Shown here piece by piece: positions 27,358 to 38,887 of a DNA stretch of 64,000 nucleotides (the first letter of the stretch is position 1; every line of letters begins with the position of its first letter). The position numbers were made by a program, and so were the translations under genes. This DNA is from Macrostomum lignano (taxonomy: Eukaryota), in assembly GCA_002269645.1 (NCBI GenBank), contig NIVC01001471.1, positions 62,001 through 126,000 on the forward strand, read 5' to 3'. Below the pieces are notes generated by a model, which made no database searches, was not told where the DNA came from, and worked only from the letters and a program-made list of their open reading frames with translations.

Positions 27358-28297
27358 AAAAAACCTATTAACAATGCTATGTTTATGGCATTTTTTGAAA
27401 CATACAACCAAGAATAAATATAATAACTTAATAAGGTAAGGTAGTAATCAAAATTGATTATGAACTATTCAATATTGATTAGGGATTATCAAAAATGGAA
27501 TGGACTTTTTGGGTATTCAAACCATAGTGTCAGTTTTAAAGCAACTCTATCAAAATAGAATTAGACTAGCCTAATAGACTTTATACAGTTTATAGACTAA
27601 GTAATCAGGCTTTTTTAGCTTGTATATATGTAAAAGAATGGAGAAAAATAAATTTAGCAATACTTTTAGATCCCATGTCACTTAAAGTCGCTTGTGTGCC
27701 TATGTCGCTTAAAGTGCGCCAGGGTGCACACAACCCCCTGCCTCTAATAAAAAATAAATAAATAGGCCCTAATGTTACATAACAGAACAGAACTTAGGCC
27801 CTAAAATTATTATTTAATTTAGCCTATGCAGCTCTGTGGCAATGCCACTTTATAAAGGACTACTTACAGGGTAGGCCCCTAGGGTATCATAAATACTGGT
27901 TTTTTTGAATTGGATGTATTAGCCTATTATTAGGCCTAGCCCCACCCCATACGGCCTAGACAAAGTCAAAGATTAAAATGATATCCAAAAACGCACTAGT
28001 ATGACAAGTACTAGTACTATGTGACAACCTAAATTATTTTTGTAAACATACAGTAAGCGCATCTATCTATCTTAAGTTCTTCAGGCCTGTCTTAGTGTCC
28101 TGTTAGAAATGTCACGTAGGCTTGTCCTAAGTAAAATCTGGTCGAAATTATTGCGTTATACAACACGACAGCATATGGCCGTTTGAATTGGCGCTAAAAC
28201 GCCTGTCTGAGCAATCTGTAAATTTTTGTTATAATGGCTTGTAGCGGGTAACGCTTTGAAAAATTTAACTTGAGAATTTTTGCTCATTTTTTTTACC

Positions 28298-31200
28298 ATG
28301 GCTACCTTTGACTTAACAGATATAACTGCAAACCTGCCATCAGTTCAGTTTGAAAGTGCATTAACAGAGGAGCAGTATGCTGAAAACTATCTGCGAAATA
28401 AATGCCACAGTCTTTTATACAATGCCTGCGCACAATCTGTATATTTTGTGTCCTCACTTAACGAATTCAGGTATGCGTATGTCATTCTCGAACAGAGTTT
28501 AAATAGGAAGCCTTTGAATTTATTCAGACATTTAATATTTTATCCATGTTTTTTACTTTGTGAAACTTCAATTTTTTCAGGATAAACTTGTCTTTTACTC
28601 TGATTAGTGACTACATGCCTGCTAATAATACTATATTAACATAGGCAGCAAGTTATGCATATTGTACTAGGCATAAGTGCGATGCTTTAAATACATTTTT
28701 TATCCAAACTGCTCAACTGAATGACATATTAAAGTCCCATTTTTTCGCAACTTTTTAGGTTGTGGTTAAAAAACTCGATAACAAATATCTAGTTAACAGT
28801 GCGAAAAGCTATTCCATAGTTCACTATGTCTTATATATATTTTATTAATTTTTAACAACTTAACGCTTTTAGTTATAGTTGAAGTAGTGAGGTATTTTAC
28901 ATTTTTTTGCACAAGCTCCACACAACGTCCAAAATAATTTTTTTCCAATGTCTCATTTGCTTTTTTGTCAAATTATGGCCCTGTGTGTTTCTAGTCTTTA
29001 AAAGCATTCTATGAAATAAAACTTAATCCATCCTAAAAAATACAGGTATTTTGGAATTTAATTTAGTAAAATCAAAATCTTTAGTTCAAAAAGACATTGC
29101 TGCAATTGCCAGAGCACTGGGAACAGGGAGGTTGCAAGAGAGGGCAGCTGCCACCAGGCATTGAGATGGGGCACTGCTCCCTTCTGGAATTTGAGATCAT
29201 TTCTTAACCGCAAAATAGGAGCCAACCAGGGGAGTTCAAGAGGGCCAGATGTTCCGTAGTGAAAATGGGGTCCTTTTCCTGGATAAATCTTGTTTGCAGC
29301 GCAAAGTTAACGTCAAATGTAACTAAAATCAGTGGGACTCTTTCCCGTCGGGCAAGAAATGTTTCGTGGTGCCTGTATGGCAAAAACGAATAGTTCAAAT
29401 CGATACAATATTTTTATTAGTCACCAGCAGCCCGAGCTATAACTCGCATTTTCCCACGCGCAGGGAGAACCGCCTGTTGGTGCTGCACCCGAACGATAAG
29501 AAGCTCTCCAACAAACTGCTGAAAGACATGCAGGCCAAGGAGCCGCTGCTGGTTGGCATCATCGGATTCGGACGGCTGGGCTCTCGGCTGGCCAACTTTC
29601 TGGTGCGCGGTTCAGGCCTAATGCCGCAGGAATTGAAGATCTCCACGAGAAGGCCTGAGCTGGCTTGTGAGTTCTACGTTGAACAAGGATTTTCTAGTAG
29701 CAGTGACTATTTTACTTTTGCGTAGCTTTGGATATCTTTAAGTAGCTCTGAGTAGTCTGTGAGTTAACTGTAGCTTAGTCCGTAACTTTTTGTAGCGTTG
29801 AGTAGCTTTGCGTAGCTTTTTCCATGACCTGAGACGCTTAGTCCGTGAGCGGAGTAGCTTAGTTCGTGAGTTAAGTAGCTTAGTCCGTGAGTTGAGTAGC
29901 TTAGTCCGTGAGTTGAGTAGCTTAGTCCGTGAGTTGAGTAGCTTAGTCCGTGAGTTGAGCAGCTTAGTCCGTGAGTTGAGTAGTTTAGTCCGCGAGCTGA
30001 GTAGCTTAGTCCGTGAGCTGAGCTAGAATATTCATTCCCTCCTTCTGGTATCAGAAATGTGTCAGAATGGTGCTATGGGGAGGGCTGCAAAGCTGCAAGA
30101 CATCATAGAGTACGCTTTCACTATCGCTTTGCAGCGGACCTGACTGCCAGAGGCTGTATCTGCGTGTTTGACAACGCCAAAGTTGCCTCCTCTGTTCACC
30201 TGCTGTTTCTGTGCTGCCCTCCGGCCGCGCTGCCCAGCGTAGCCGATGAAATTCGCGACCACCTGTCGCCTAGGACCATTGTGTACTCGTATGTGACCGG
30301 CTACAGGTGAGCAACGCTCCATCTGTGTTGGTACAGAGTGATGGAAAATCTAGAAATGAGATGTCTCTGTGGATCTTAATCTCAACTAATAAAGTATGCA
30401 AATTTGCTTCAAGTTCTACTAACAGTCATATAAAGCGTGAAGTAACGTTTTCGTTACATTTTACCGCTTGAAGGGAGAGAAAACTACGCCAACTACTGGA
30501 CCACGAGGCCCTGATTTGTCCGGCCTTCAGCTGCCGGCCGGCCCTCGCTTCCGTCTGGCCAATGTCGGCCGAAATGGTCGACCTGATGATGCGGCCAGCC
30601 ACCGCTCTGGCCGCCTGTCCAGTGGCGCCTCCAGCCAGCTCCCAGGATGAAGAAGACTGCGATAACGAGGTGCGTCTGATTTCGCACTCGGGGTGTTAGG
30701 AGTTTTTAGAGTCTGAGGCGCTAATTAAGCGCCTCAGAGGTGCTTGAGGTGCATTTCGTGTCAGATCATGGACAACTGATGCAGAATGACGCTCACTCGA
30801 CTTTCTTAGAAATAAGCTGGAAGCCGGCAAGTAACGGATATTTGTCGTATCGTTCTGGACAGAATTCGTCTGTGGCGCAACCCCATTCAGCGCTATGCAT
30901 TCTCCAGATCATACTAAAAGCACTGTCGATAGGACACATCTACATTCCTTACATCACTCAGCTCATTTATAAGAAAACCATGTGCAGCGTCCTTCTGCTT
31001 CCGCTGTCTATGTGTCTTGACTTACTTGACTTAGCTGCAGGGCTGTCCCGAAGGGGACACAGCGGGAAGGCTCGGGCGCCCATTCCGCTAGTCCCTGAAC
31101 GGCCGACGCGTCGCTATGGACGGAGGGTTGGCGCCGCCCAGGGAGGTCCCCCAGTGTCGCCAGCAGCTATGGTGCTCTCTGGAAAGGAGAGTTCAGCCCT

Positions 31201-34200
31201 GCGGGTGGCCCGAAGGTAGCGCATGAGCTGATTAAAGTTTTCGGGTTTGCACGCTTCAGTAATAGATGTGTGTGGCCCGAGGTAAGTGAGTCTGGCCCGC
31301 GTGAAGGCGGGACAGATGCTGACGAAATGCTCAGCGGTTTCGTCACCTGAGTTGCAGAAACTACAGGTGGCGTTGGTGGCGTTGCCCTGCAGGTACTGGT
31401 GCCTGGAGAAGCAGCCGTGACCAGAGAGGGTCATGGTGGCAGCCCGGATGTCTCTGCGCGAGAGGCGCAAGAGGAGCTTCCGGAGCTGGTGAGAGGGCTG
31501 AGGGACAGCGCCTCTGGATTGCCTGCAGTTCGTGCGGTTCGCCCAAGTCGAGCGGTGCTGAGTCCTGATCCACGCTTTGATGCGCGAGTCGATGACACAG
31601 CCAGGAATCGGGACAAGAGGTTCGGGGCCGAGAGAGGAGCCGGAGGCACCAACTTTTGCAAGGGTGTCAGCCAACTCATTTCCTCGGATCCCCACATGCC
31701 CCGGAACCCACTTAAGGGTAATTTTGTTGGCGGAACCCAACATGTTGAGGAGTTTGATACAGTCGAGGACTGTAGCAGAGTTGGTGCTGCAGCCACTGAT
31801 GGCGTGCAAGGCAGCTTGGCTGTCCGAATGGAAAATGATGTTCTTACCAGTAACGCCAGTGGCGAGAAGCTCTGCAGTGCAGGAGCTGATGGCCAGAACT
31901 TCATTTTGGAAAACACTGGAGTTGACCCCAGTGTATTGAGCGTGGGTAGCGATGACCCTCCCGTTCAGAAAGATTCCAACACCAAAGCCGGTGTTGGCTG
32001 ACTGCTTAGAACCGTCGGTGTAGCAATGAAGCTCACCAGGGTTCCATTGGTCATTGATGTTATCGCGCGAGTCGATAGCTACGGAGTAGCGCTGTCTCAG
32101 GTTGAGCGTTGAGGCAATGCCATCGGTGAAGACGCGATTGGCCTGACACTCGTTGAGAATGTTGAGGCACAGATCGCTATGCGGGACAAGGTTCCGCTTA
32201 GCAGGTGCTCTCATGTAAATGAATTTGACGCCGGCATCAATTAGACGCCGCGTCGTTCTAGCCGCCTCACCCCTGATGAAGAGGTCAAGAGGCGGAAGAT
32301 TAAGGAAGGCCCCCATGCCAGCAAAGGGCGTGGACCTGGTGGCGTTGCAGATGAGCCTACACGCTCTGCCTTGGATCGTGTTGAGCAGGTCTGCATGGCT
32401 TTTGACCTGGGTAGCGCTAACCCAGACAACAGAGGCGTACGTAATGGCAGGTCTAACTACGGAAGTATAGATCCACCAAAGCCGCTTTGGGGATAGACCC
32501 CAAGAAGTGCCAAGTGCTCGTCGGAGCTGGGCCAGGATGGCTGAGGCACGCTTGGCTTTTGCTTTCACGTGGGAGGACCAGTTGAGCCGGTGGTCAAGTA
32601 TGACCCCGAGACATCTGGTCTGGTGCGCGAAGGCAATATCTCTGCCGTAGAGCTGCAGAGGACGTATGTTCCAGCGTAGTCTGCTGGTAAACATAATGGC
32701 AACGGTTTTGGGCTCAGAGAGTTCCAGACCATTGTCATTGGCCCAGGATTCTGCTTTGCGGATAAAGCTCTGCATCAGATCCCTGAGCGTGCTGGGAGAC
32801 GGTCCTGCCACAATGGCCGTGACGTCATCAGCATACCCGACTTTGAAGACGGGGTCGGGTCGGGAGTCACTCAAAAGAGCGTCCATGACCAGGTTCCAGA
32901 GCGTCGGGGTGAGGACTCCGCCTTGGGGTCCACCCTTACAGACTCTGGTGGAGGCAGTTTGCCCAAGAAGTTGGGCAGTGACCGTACGGTTGGAGATCAT
33001 GTACATGATCCACCGTATGAGGGTAGCATGAGCTTTGCGATTTTGAAGGGCCCTCTGAAACGCTTCAAAGATAACGTTGTCGAAGGCGCCAACAATGTCA
33101 AGAAAGAGAGCCAGAGCGTAACCGTCACCCAGTACCGCCCTTTCAATCTTCTCGACAATCGCATGCAAGGCGCTGTCAGTCGACCTCCCGGTACGGAAGG
33201 CGTGCTGATTATTGCTGAGGGGCATCGCTGTCAGCTCGCAGGACAGCAGCCGCCAGAGAATAAGCCTCTCAGTGAGCTTAAGCATTGCTGACGTTAAGCT
33301 AATAGGCCGGAAGGCCTTGACGCTTTGGTAGTCACCCTTCCCAGGTTTGGGAATAAAGACTACCCGAGCTTCAGTCCAGCATTTGGGAACGTATCCCAGC
33401 TGGATAGAGGCCCGCATAAGATTGCGGGTGAGTCTCAGGAACGAGGGTATCTTGGCTGCTTCACGAAGGAGAACAGGGTAGATACCATCAGGTCCAGGAG
33501 ATTTGAAGGGTTTGAAGGTTCTGACCGCACGAGCGATTAGGTCTTCAGTGACAATGCCCGCCGCTAGGGTGGCTCCATCCATCGAATGGTTGGGCTCCGG
33601 TCTAGCAGTAGGTACCCTCGGGAAGAATGTGCTAAGCATTTGCTGAAGCACTTCTTCAGGGTCTTTAGTAAGAGAGCCATCATCTTTTTTGATCATGGCT
33701 AATTTGGACATTTTGTCCATTGTAAGGGCCTTGACAAGCCTAGAAGTAGGTCTGTCTTGATCCAATTCATTGCAGAATTGGCGCCACTTACATTCCTTGG
33801 CCTTGCGCACTTCAGATTTGAAATTGCGGGAGGCTTGCCGGAAAAGCTCCATGTCCTCCGGGTTTCCGGTCTTCATGGCACGGCGATGAAGGCTTTTGGC
33901 CTTCCGCCTGAGTTTCCCCAGCTCCGGGTTCCACCACGGCGCCGAGGTCTTGCCTTTGTAGGCGCGAGCAGGACAAGCCGCTTCGTAGGCTTCAATAATG
34001 CAACCTGTCAGCGTCTCAGCCATATGATCCACATCCTCGCAGGTCTCAATCGGACGTAAGTCCGTGAGTTCCTGCAGGTGCAGATCAAGGGCAGCCTTGT
34101 AGGCCGCCCAATCAGTGTTGCGGATATTGCGTCTCCAAGTGATCGGAGACGGGGTTTTAGTGTCCGCGATGTTAAAGGCGATAAAGCAGTGGTCAGACAG

Positions 34201-37200
34201 GGAGGGCTCCTCAGACCAGACTCTCCACTCCTTGACTCTGTCAAAGAGTCTTGGGGTAACGAGTGTGGCGTCGAGGACCTCGGTCCATCTGCCATTATTA
34301 AAGGTAGGAGTGCTGCCGCGGTTGCAGAGCATGAGGTTTGTGTTAGAGATGAGGGCCAGAAGCTCCTCTCCTCTAGTGTTGGTATCTTTGCTGCCCCAGT
34401 GCTTGTGGTGCGCGTTGAGGTCGCCCCCTAAGCACAGCTCAGCGTTCTGGGACTCGCAGTACTGCGCGAGGCGCAGTAAACTCTCAGGAGCAGGGTCTCT
34501 GTCGCCTGGGATATAAACCGAGGCAACAAGACACGTACGCGGAAAGAAATGATTAGATTGGATGACGCAAAGGTCTCCATCAGAGAGATCAGTCCTCAGC
34601 CAAGCCTGGAGATGGCTAGCAGCGAGGATAGCCGCTCTAGGGCGACTGTTCCCCGGGCCACACACATAAAAATCAGAGTAGCCAGAGGGAATGTTGGGCA
34701 ACTTACCGTTGCGCATCCAGGGTTCCTGGATCAGGATGAGGCCTGGCCTGTACAGCTCAGCAATCTTCATCAGATTTACTGACGCAGATACGCAATGCTG
34801 TAAATTAATTTGCAGACAGAATGTCGCTCCTTTGGCAGCGTGGAGCTTAGTCATACTGTATTAAATGCAATTTCTGGCTAGAGCCCAGGGCCATCAAGGA
34901 GACTTGGACAACAGATCGTCCTCGTCCCAGGCCGCTGAGGCTTGACTGGGAGATGGGAGTTGGTCGACGTCCATGGCCTCCTCACCCCCACCGGCCCCCC
35001 CCCAGCAGAGTCCTCAGGCTCCGATGACAGGATGGAGGAAGCTTCCTCACCTGCATCTTTACCTTCAGACCCCACCAGGGTGGCCGAGGAGAGCTCGGAT
35101 TCCGAAGACCCGGCCTCGTCCTCAACTCCTTCTCCGACTGGCAGGTTTGGTTCCCGGGGCTTGGCCGGAGCCGTTACCGCGGTCGCCGAACTGCTGCTAG
35201 CAGAGGGGCGAGACGCAGCTTTGGCTTTGGGATCGGCTTGCGCCTTTCCTTGGGCCTTAGACTGCGCCCCGCTCTTGCCGGAGATGCCGGGGTTGGCAGT
35301 AGCCTTCCCTTTGGCAGACTTTCCTCGGCGCATCTTGAGCTTGAGGGCACCCAGCTGGAAAGAGGATCCATTAGGGTACCGACTCGCCCAAGTGCTGGAA
35401 AGGCCGAGGACAATTGAGTTGCCCGTCTCCCCCTGCGGACTTTGCGGTGATACACCAGTCCACTAGCAGGGAGGTCGGGGTTCAGACGCAGTAGGACCCG
35501 GCGAATAACGTCTGGTCCAGCTGCGGTGCTCTTAGCAGGGACGAAAACCACATAGGGTATCGTCTTTGGACGCTGGCCCTCGCGAAGAAAAAGAGCTCCG
35601 CCAAGGTCAGCATCCAAGGAGACCGTCGGTAGCCGCTGGAGCAGCTGCCGAGCGTCCTCCTCGCTGCTAGGAGCAATAAGAACGAATGTGCTTCGCAGCA
35701 CCATCCGCTCAATGCCGATGGAGATTCCCTCCTCGACAGTCAGCTCAATCAGATAGGAGTCAACAGCACTCCACACTTTTTGAAGCTGATCAGTGGTCCA
35801 GTCCTGGTCGCGACCTTGGATGATCACTCCCGGGATTTTGGCCTTGGCCTTCGCCGCAAAGGTAGCTCCCGAAGGAACCTCCTTGTTGGCAGTGGCCATT
35901 TGTTGCGCCGTGGTTTCGGCCTCAGCAGCCGCGGCAGCAGCTCCAGGGAGCGCCGCCGCTGAACTACTGGAGCTTCCACCGGCCGGCCCGTCTGGTTGCC
36001 TTGGGACGCCAGTCGCTTCAGCATCCATGGTGGACGCCGCCGCTTTGGCCCCCGCAGCTCCCTTCTTTACCTGCCTTTTGGCGCGTTGTTTAGCGCGTTT
36101 GCGCTCAAGCCGAGCCCGCTGAGCTTCGTCGGATCTGCCAGATTTGGCCGGTCCTTTAGGCTCAGAGCTCGCGGTTCCCTTAGATCCACCAGCGGAGCTG
36201 GCAGGTCTTTGGGTATTTTGAGTTTGGTAGCTCTGGTCGGATCTGCCAGCAGAGCCAGCCGGTCCTTCCTTTGCCACAGTTGAATCAGTCGGTTGGGATC
36301 TGCCAGCAGGGCCGGCCGGTCCTTCGGACTGAGGTTGGGGTTTAGAAGGGTCCCCGTCCCTAGAAATAGCTTGTTTATCCATAGACGGCTCGAAGGCCAT
36401 GATAGAAGGTTGGTGGGCTACCCTCAAAGGGGCGCGGTACCCACCCGGCCGCTCCACCTGACCGGGCAGTAGGCCAATAGCACCCTCAAGGCTGGCCCGA
36501 CACCAGGAGGGGGACCGCTTGCGACCGGACTACTCCCCGGCCTTCCAGCCCATCGGCACGGTCAACACCTTAGGCATTAGAGAGTACGTTGAGCAGTACC
36601 ACGGCCTGCAGGTTGGCGAGCCAGACCCGCATACCCAAATTCGGCCGAAGCCACTGGATAGGGTCGCCAGCGCCGGAGCCCAGTCTGTCCAGCAGCCCTA
36701 GGGACTGCCTTGAACACACGCGGGGACGAGTACCCTGGGTCGACTTGCGAGACAGCGTGGGGGGGGGGGTCTGCGGCTGCCAGAGGCAAATAGAGGGTGC
36801 AGACCTCCCACCAGCCTTGACCTGCTGAAGATAGGGGCAGGCGTGAAGCATCGCAGACCTTAGCCCATGGGCCTAGTCTGTCTCATACTTCACTGGCGTG
36901 CTGAATACGCCTTCGCGTGCGCTGTCTATGTGTCAGATTGTGTAAGCTTGGTGTGCATTTGGTTGCATCTGATGTCAGAGGTTTCAGTTTGGTGTCGGGG
37001 CATGAACCTGGGTGCCAAAGAGCTTCGATTTGGATGCCAGGGGGGGGGGGGCGTCCATTCATATGTCACGACGACCCCAGCGCACTACTGCTGCCACAAC
37101 CCCCCGTTCAATCTACGCGTCAGCCTGGAGCGTTTCTCCGCACGGACCCGAAGCTGATCACTCTGTGGATCTACTCGCTAGCCAATCTGTGCACGCTGAA

Positions 37201-38586
37201 GCGGCACACGGTAGACGAGACTCTGGCCATCGTCAATCACATCTGCGTGCGCAGCGCCATCAAGCCGGCTCGACCTACCGGCGAAGATGATGACGAAAAG
37301 CAGCTGCTGAATGAGGCGGCGGCTGCCGAGGCGGAGGCTGCAGCGGCCGCCCTGCTGCTTCAGCCGCGCGACCTCATCCGGGGTCTGGACGCCAGCGACG
37401 AGTGAGTGGATCCCCAATGGCTAGCCAAAAGATTCTATGGCTTTAGAGGCAGAATTGGCTCCCTCAGTGGGATTTCCAAAATTCCAAGGGTTTCACAATC
37501 AGGGGCACGATAGCTGAGGTGCTTTCGTTTAGAACCAGGTGCACCAGAACCAGGTGCGCCAGAACCAGGTGCGCCAGAACCAGGTGCACCAGAACCAGGT
37601 GCGCCAGAACCAGGTGCGCCAGAACCAGGTGCGCCAGAACCAGGTGCGCCAGAACCAGGTGCGCCAGAACCAGGTGCGCCAGAACCAGGTGCGCCAGAAC
37701 CAGGTGCGCCAGAACCAGGTGCGCCAGAACCAGGTGCGCCAGAACCAGGTGCGCCAGAACCAGGTGCGCCAGAACCAGGTGCGCCAGAACCAGGTGCGCC
37801 AGAACCAGGTGCGCCAGAACCAGGTGCGCCAGAACCAGGTGCGCCAGAACCAGGTGCGCCAGAACCAGGTGCGCCAGAACCAGGTGCGCCAGAACCAGGT
37901 GCGCCAGAACCAGGTGCGCCAGAACCAGGTGCGCCAGAACCAGGTGCGCCAGAACCAGGTGCGCCAGAACCAGGTGCGCCAGAACCAGGTGCGCCAGAAC
38001 CAGGTGCGCCAGAACCAGGTGCGCCAGAACCAGGTGCGCCAGAACCAGGTGCGCCAGAACCAGGTGCACCAGAACCAGGTGCGCCAGAACCAGGTGCGCC
38101 AGAACCAGGTGCGCCAGAACCAGGTGCGCCAGAACCAGGTGCGCCAGAACCAGGTGCGCCAGAACCAGGTGCGCCAGAACCAGGTGCGCCAGAACCAGGT
38201 GCGCCAGAACCAGGTGCGCCAGAACCAGGTGCGCCAGAACCAGGTGCGCCAGAACCAGGTGCGCCAGAACCAGGTGCGCCAGAACCAGGTGCGCCAGAAA
38301 CCAGGGGCGTCAGCACCAGGTGCGCCAGAACCAGGTGCGCCAGAAACCAGGGGCGCCAGCACCAGGGTATTAGCCCCTTCTCCCCCTAGAAGAGACCCAA
38401 CCTTTGCCGCAACCCCATTCCAACTGCAGGCACCTGCCACTCTTCGACCTGACGGAGATTTCTCAGCAGGCGACCTTCTTGGATGATCGGCTGCGTCGAG
38501 ACGCCGCACTGAGGCGGTCGTTTACTGACAGATTCTGCCAGCGCCTGGGCGCCGCCTGCACAAAGCTGAAGTTTCACAGCGGCTGA
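28298..38586 (+). CDS. NOXRED1: NADP-dependent oxidoreductase domain-containing protein 1, about 392 aa. Exons 28298-28470, 29464-29666, 30135-30306, 30474-30669, 37124-37401, 38430-38586.
   Basis: Motifs SVQFESALTEE, NACAQSVYF, Rossmann VGIIGFGRLGSRLA, LKISTRRPE, LLFLCCPPAALPSVADEI, IVYSYV and PLFDLT follow the NOXRED1 family order. All five introns are GT-AG with matching phases, and the exons sum to 1179 nt. Confidence 0.9.
29833..30023. repeat. 21-bp tandem repeat (AGCTTAGTCCGTGAGTTGAGT), about 9 copies, in NOXRED1 intron 2
   Basis: Directly visible. It explains the SSLVREL ORF. Confidence 0.93.
31114..34854 (-). CDS. LINE ORF2, 1246 aa, uninterrupted: APE endonuclease, reverse transcriptase, RNase H, C-terminal Cys/His motif
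   Basis: APE: QINLQHC, IQEPW, GGDLNAHH, SDHC. RT: FRPISL, QGGVLTP, YADD. RNase H: YTDGSK, HSDSQAAL, WVPGHVGIRGNELAD. Cys/His motif: CSFC...EHFVSIC. Confidence 0.96.
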   Translation of the reverse strand: MTKLHAAKGATFCLQINLQHCVSASVNLMKIAELYRPGLILIQEPWMRNGKLPNIPSGYSDFYVCGPGNSRPRAAILAASHLQAWLRTDLSDGDLCVIQSNHFFPRTCLVASVYIPGDRDPAPESLLRLAQYCESQNAELCLGGDLNAHHKHWGSKDTNTRGEELLALISNTNLMLCNRGSTPTFNNGRWTEVLDATLVTPRLFDRVKEWRVWSEEPSLSDHCFIAFNIADTKTPSPITWRRNIRNTDWAAYKAALDLHLQELTDLRPIETCEDVDHMAETLTGCIIEAYEAACPARAYKGKTSAPWWNPELGKLRRKAKSLHRRAMKTGNPEDMELFRQASRNFKSEVRKAKECKWRQFCNELDQDRPTSRLVKALTMDKMSKLAMIKKDDGSLTKDPEEVLQQMLSTFFPRVPTARPEPNHSMDGATLAAGIVTEDLIARAVRTFKPFKSPGPDGIYPVLLREAAKIPSFLRLTRNLMRASIQLGYVPKCWTEARVVFIPKPGKGDYQSVKAFRPISLTSAMLKLTERLILWRLLSCELTAMPLSNNQHAFRTGRSTDSALHAIVEKIERAVLGDGYALALFLDIVGAFDNVIFEAFQRALQNRKAHATLIRWIMYMISNRTVTAQLLGQTASTRVCKGGPQGGVLTPTLWNLVMDALLSDSRPDPVFKVGYADDVTAIVAGPSPSTLRDLMQSFIRKAESWANDNGLELSEPKTVAIMFTSRLRWNIRPLQLYGRDIAFAHQTRCLGVILDHRLNWSSHVKAKAKRASAILAQLRRALGTSWGLSPKRLWWIYTSVVRPAITYASVVWVSATQVKSHADLLNTIQGRACRLICNATRSTPFAGMGAFLNLPPLDLFIRGEAARTTRRLIDAGVKFIYMRAPAKRNLVPHSDLCLNILNECQANRVFTDGIASTLNLRQRYSVAIDSRDNINDQWNPGELHCYTDGSKQSANTGFGVGIFLNGRVIATHAQYTGVNSSVFQNEVLAISSCTAELLATGVTGKNIIFHSDSQAALHAISGCSTNSATVLDCIKLLNMLGSANKITLKWVPGHVGIRGNELADTLAKVGASGSSLGPEPLVPIPGCVIDSRIKAWIRTQHRSTWANRTNCRQSRGAVPQPSHQLRKLLLRLSRRDIRAATMTLSGHGCFSRHQYLQGNATNATCSFCNSGDETAEHFVSICPAFTRARLTYLGPHTSITEACKPENFNQLMRYLRATRRAELSFPESTIAAGDTGGPPWAAPTLRP
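34878..36400 (-). CDS. LINE ORF1 (gag-like, DUF4780-like region) with one apparent frameshift at the G5 run 35433-35429
   Basis: First ATG at 36400. RRVLLRLNPDLPASGLVYHRKVRRG continues sensibly as ETGNSIVLGLSS...LKLKMRRGK only if one G is added. The corrected frame ends 24 nt before the ORF2 ATG. Confidence 0.7.
37531..38366. repeat. 15-bp minisatellite AGAACCAGGTGCGCC, over 50 near-perfect copies, in NOXRED1 intron 5
   Basis: Directly visible. The unit is a multiple of 3 and has no stop codon, hence long ORFs on both strands. Confidence 0.98.
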
Positions 38587-38887
38587 CTGTCGGTTTTTTT
38601 ATTTTTTATCTTAACTGCATCCAAATTACGCTACTAATAGTAAACCAGTTTGATATTCATTCTTATTTTTATTGGAGCTGTTTTACGTTTCGTGCGTTGC
38701 ACAAAGTACGAGTTGAAATTTCAAGTAAGCAGAATTTTTTGTAAGTAAACCACCCAAATCGCTTTTTTCAGTTAAAAGTTTCTCTTTTAGAACACGTCAA
38801 GTCTTCTGTTTAATTTTAAAACTTGTATCTCAGAATATAGCACTAACTGTGTAGGAAATCCAAAAGTGTAGTTTTCAAGTAAACAGC

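Larger units (their letters stand above)
31017..36919 (-). mobile_element. Full-length non-LTR retrotransposon, LOA/Lian-like clade, 5.9 kb, antisense in NOXRED1 intron 4
   Basis: 15-bp TSD CGCTGTCTATGTGTC at 31002-31016 and 36920-36934. The 3' end finishes in a short repeat TAAGTCAAGTAAGTCAA. It has two ORFs, and ORF2 has APE, RT, RNase H and a zinc knuckle. Confidence 0.93.

Noticed and set aside
31361-34782. Numerous 60-200 aa ORFs overlapping LINE ORF2, mostly on the + strand
   Set aside because: Antisense or alternate-frame shadows of a GC-rich coding sequence, with no independent motifs.
38390-38429. Acceptor CCCCCTAG at 38389 as the start of the last NOXRED1 exon
   Set aside because: Its phase is incompatible with the 37402 donor. 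The CTGCAG acceptor at 38429 restores the frame.
37435-38509. Long ORFs on both strands (GSGAP, RTWFW, QNQVR, RTRCA and HLVLA repeats) suggesting an elastomeric or repeat protein
   Set aside because: They arise from a stop-free 15-bp minisatellite inside NOXRED1 intron 5, and the flanking exons splice in phase around it.
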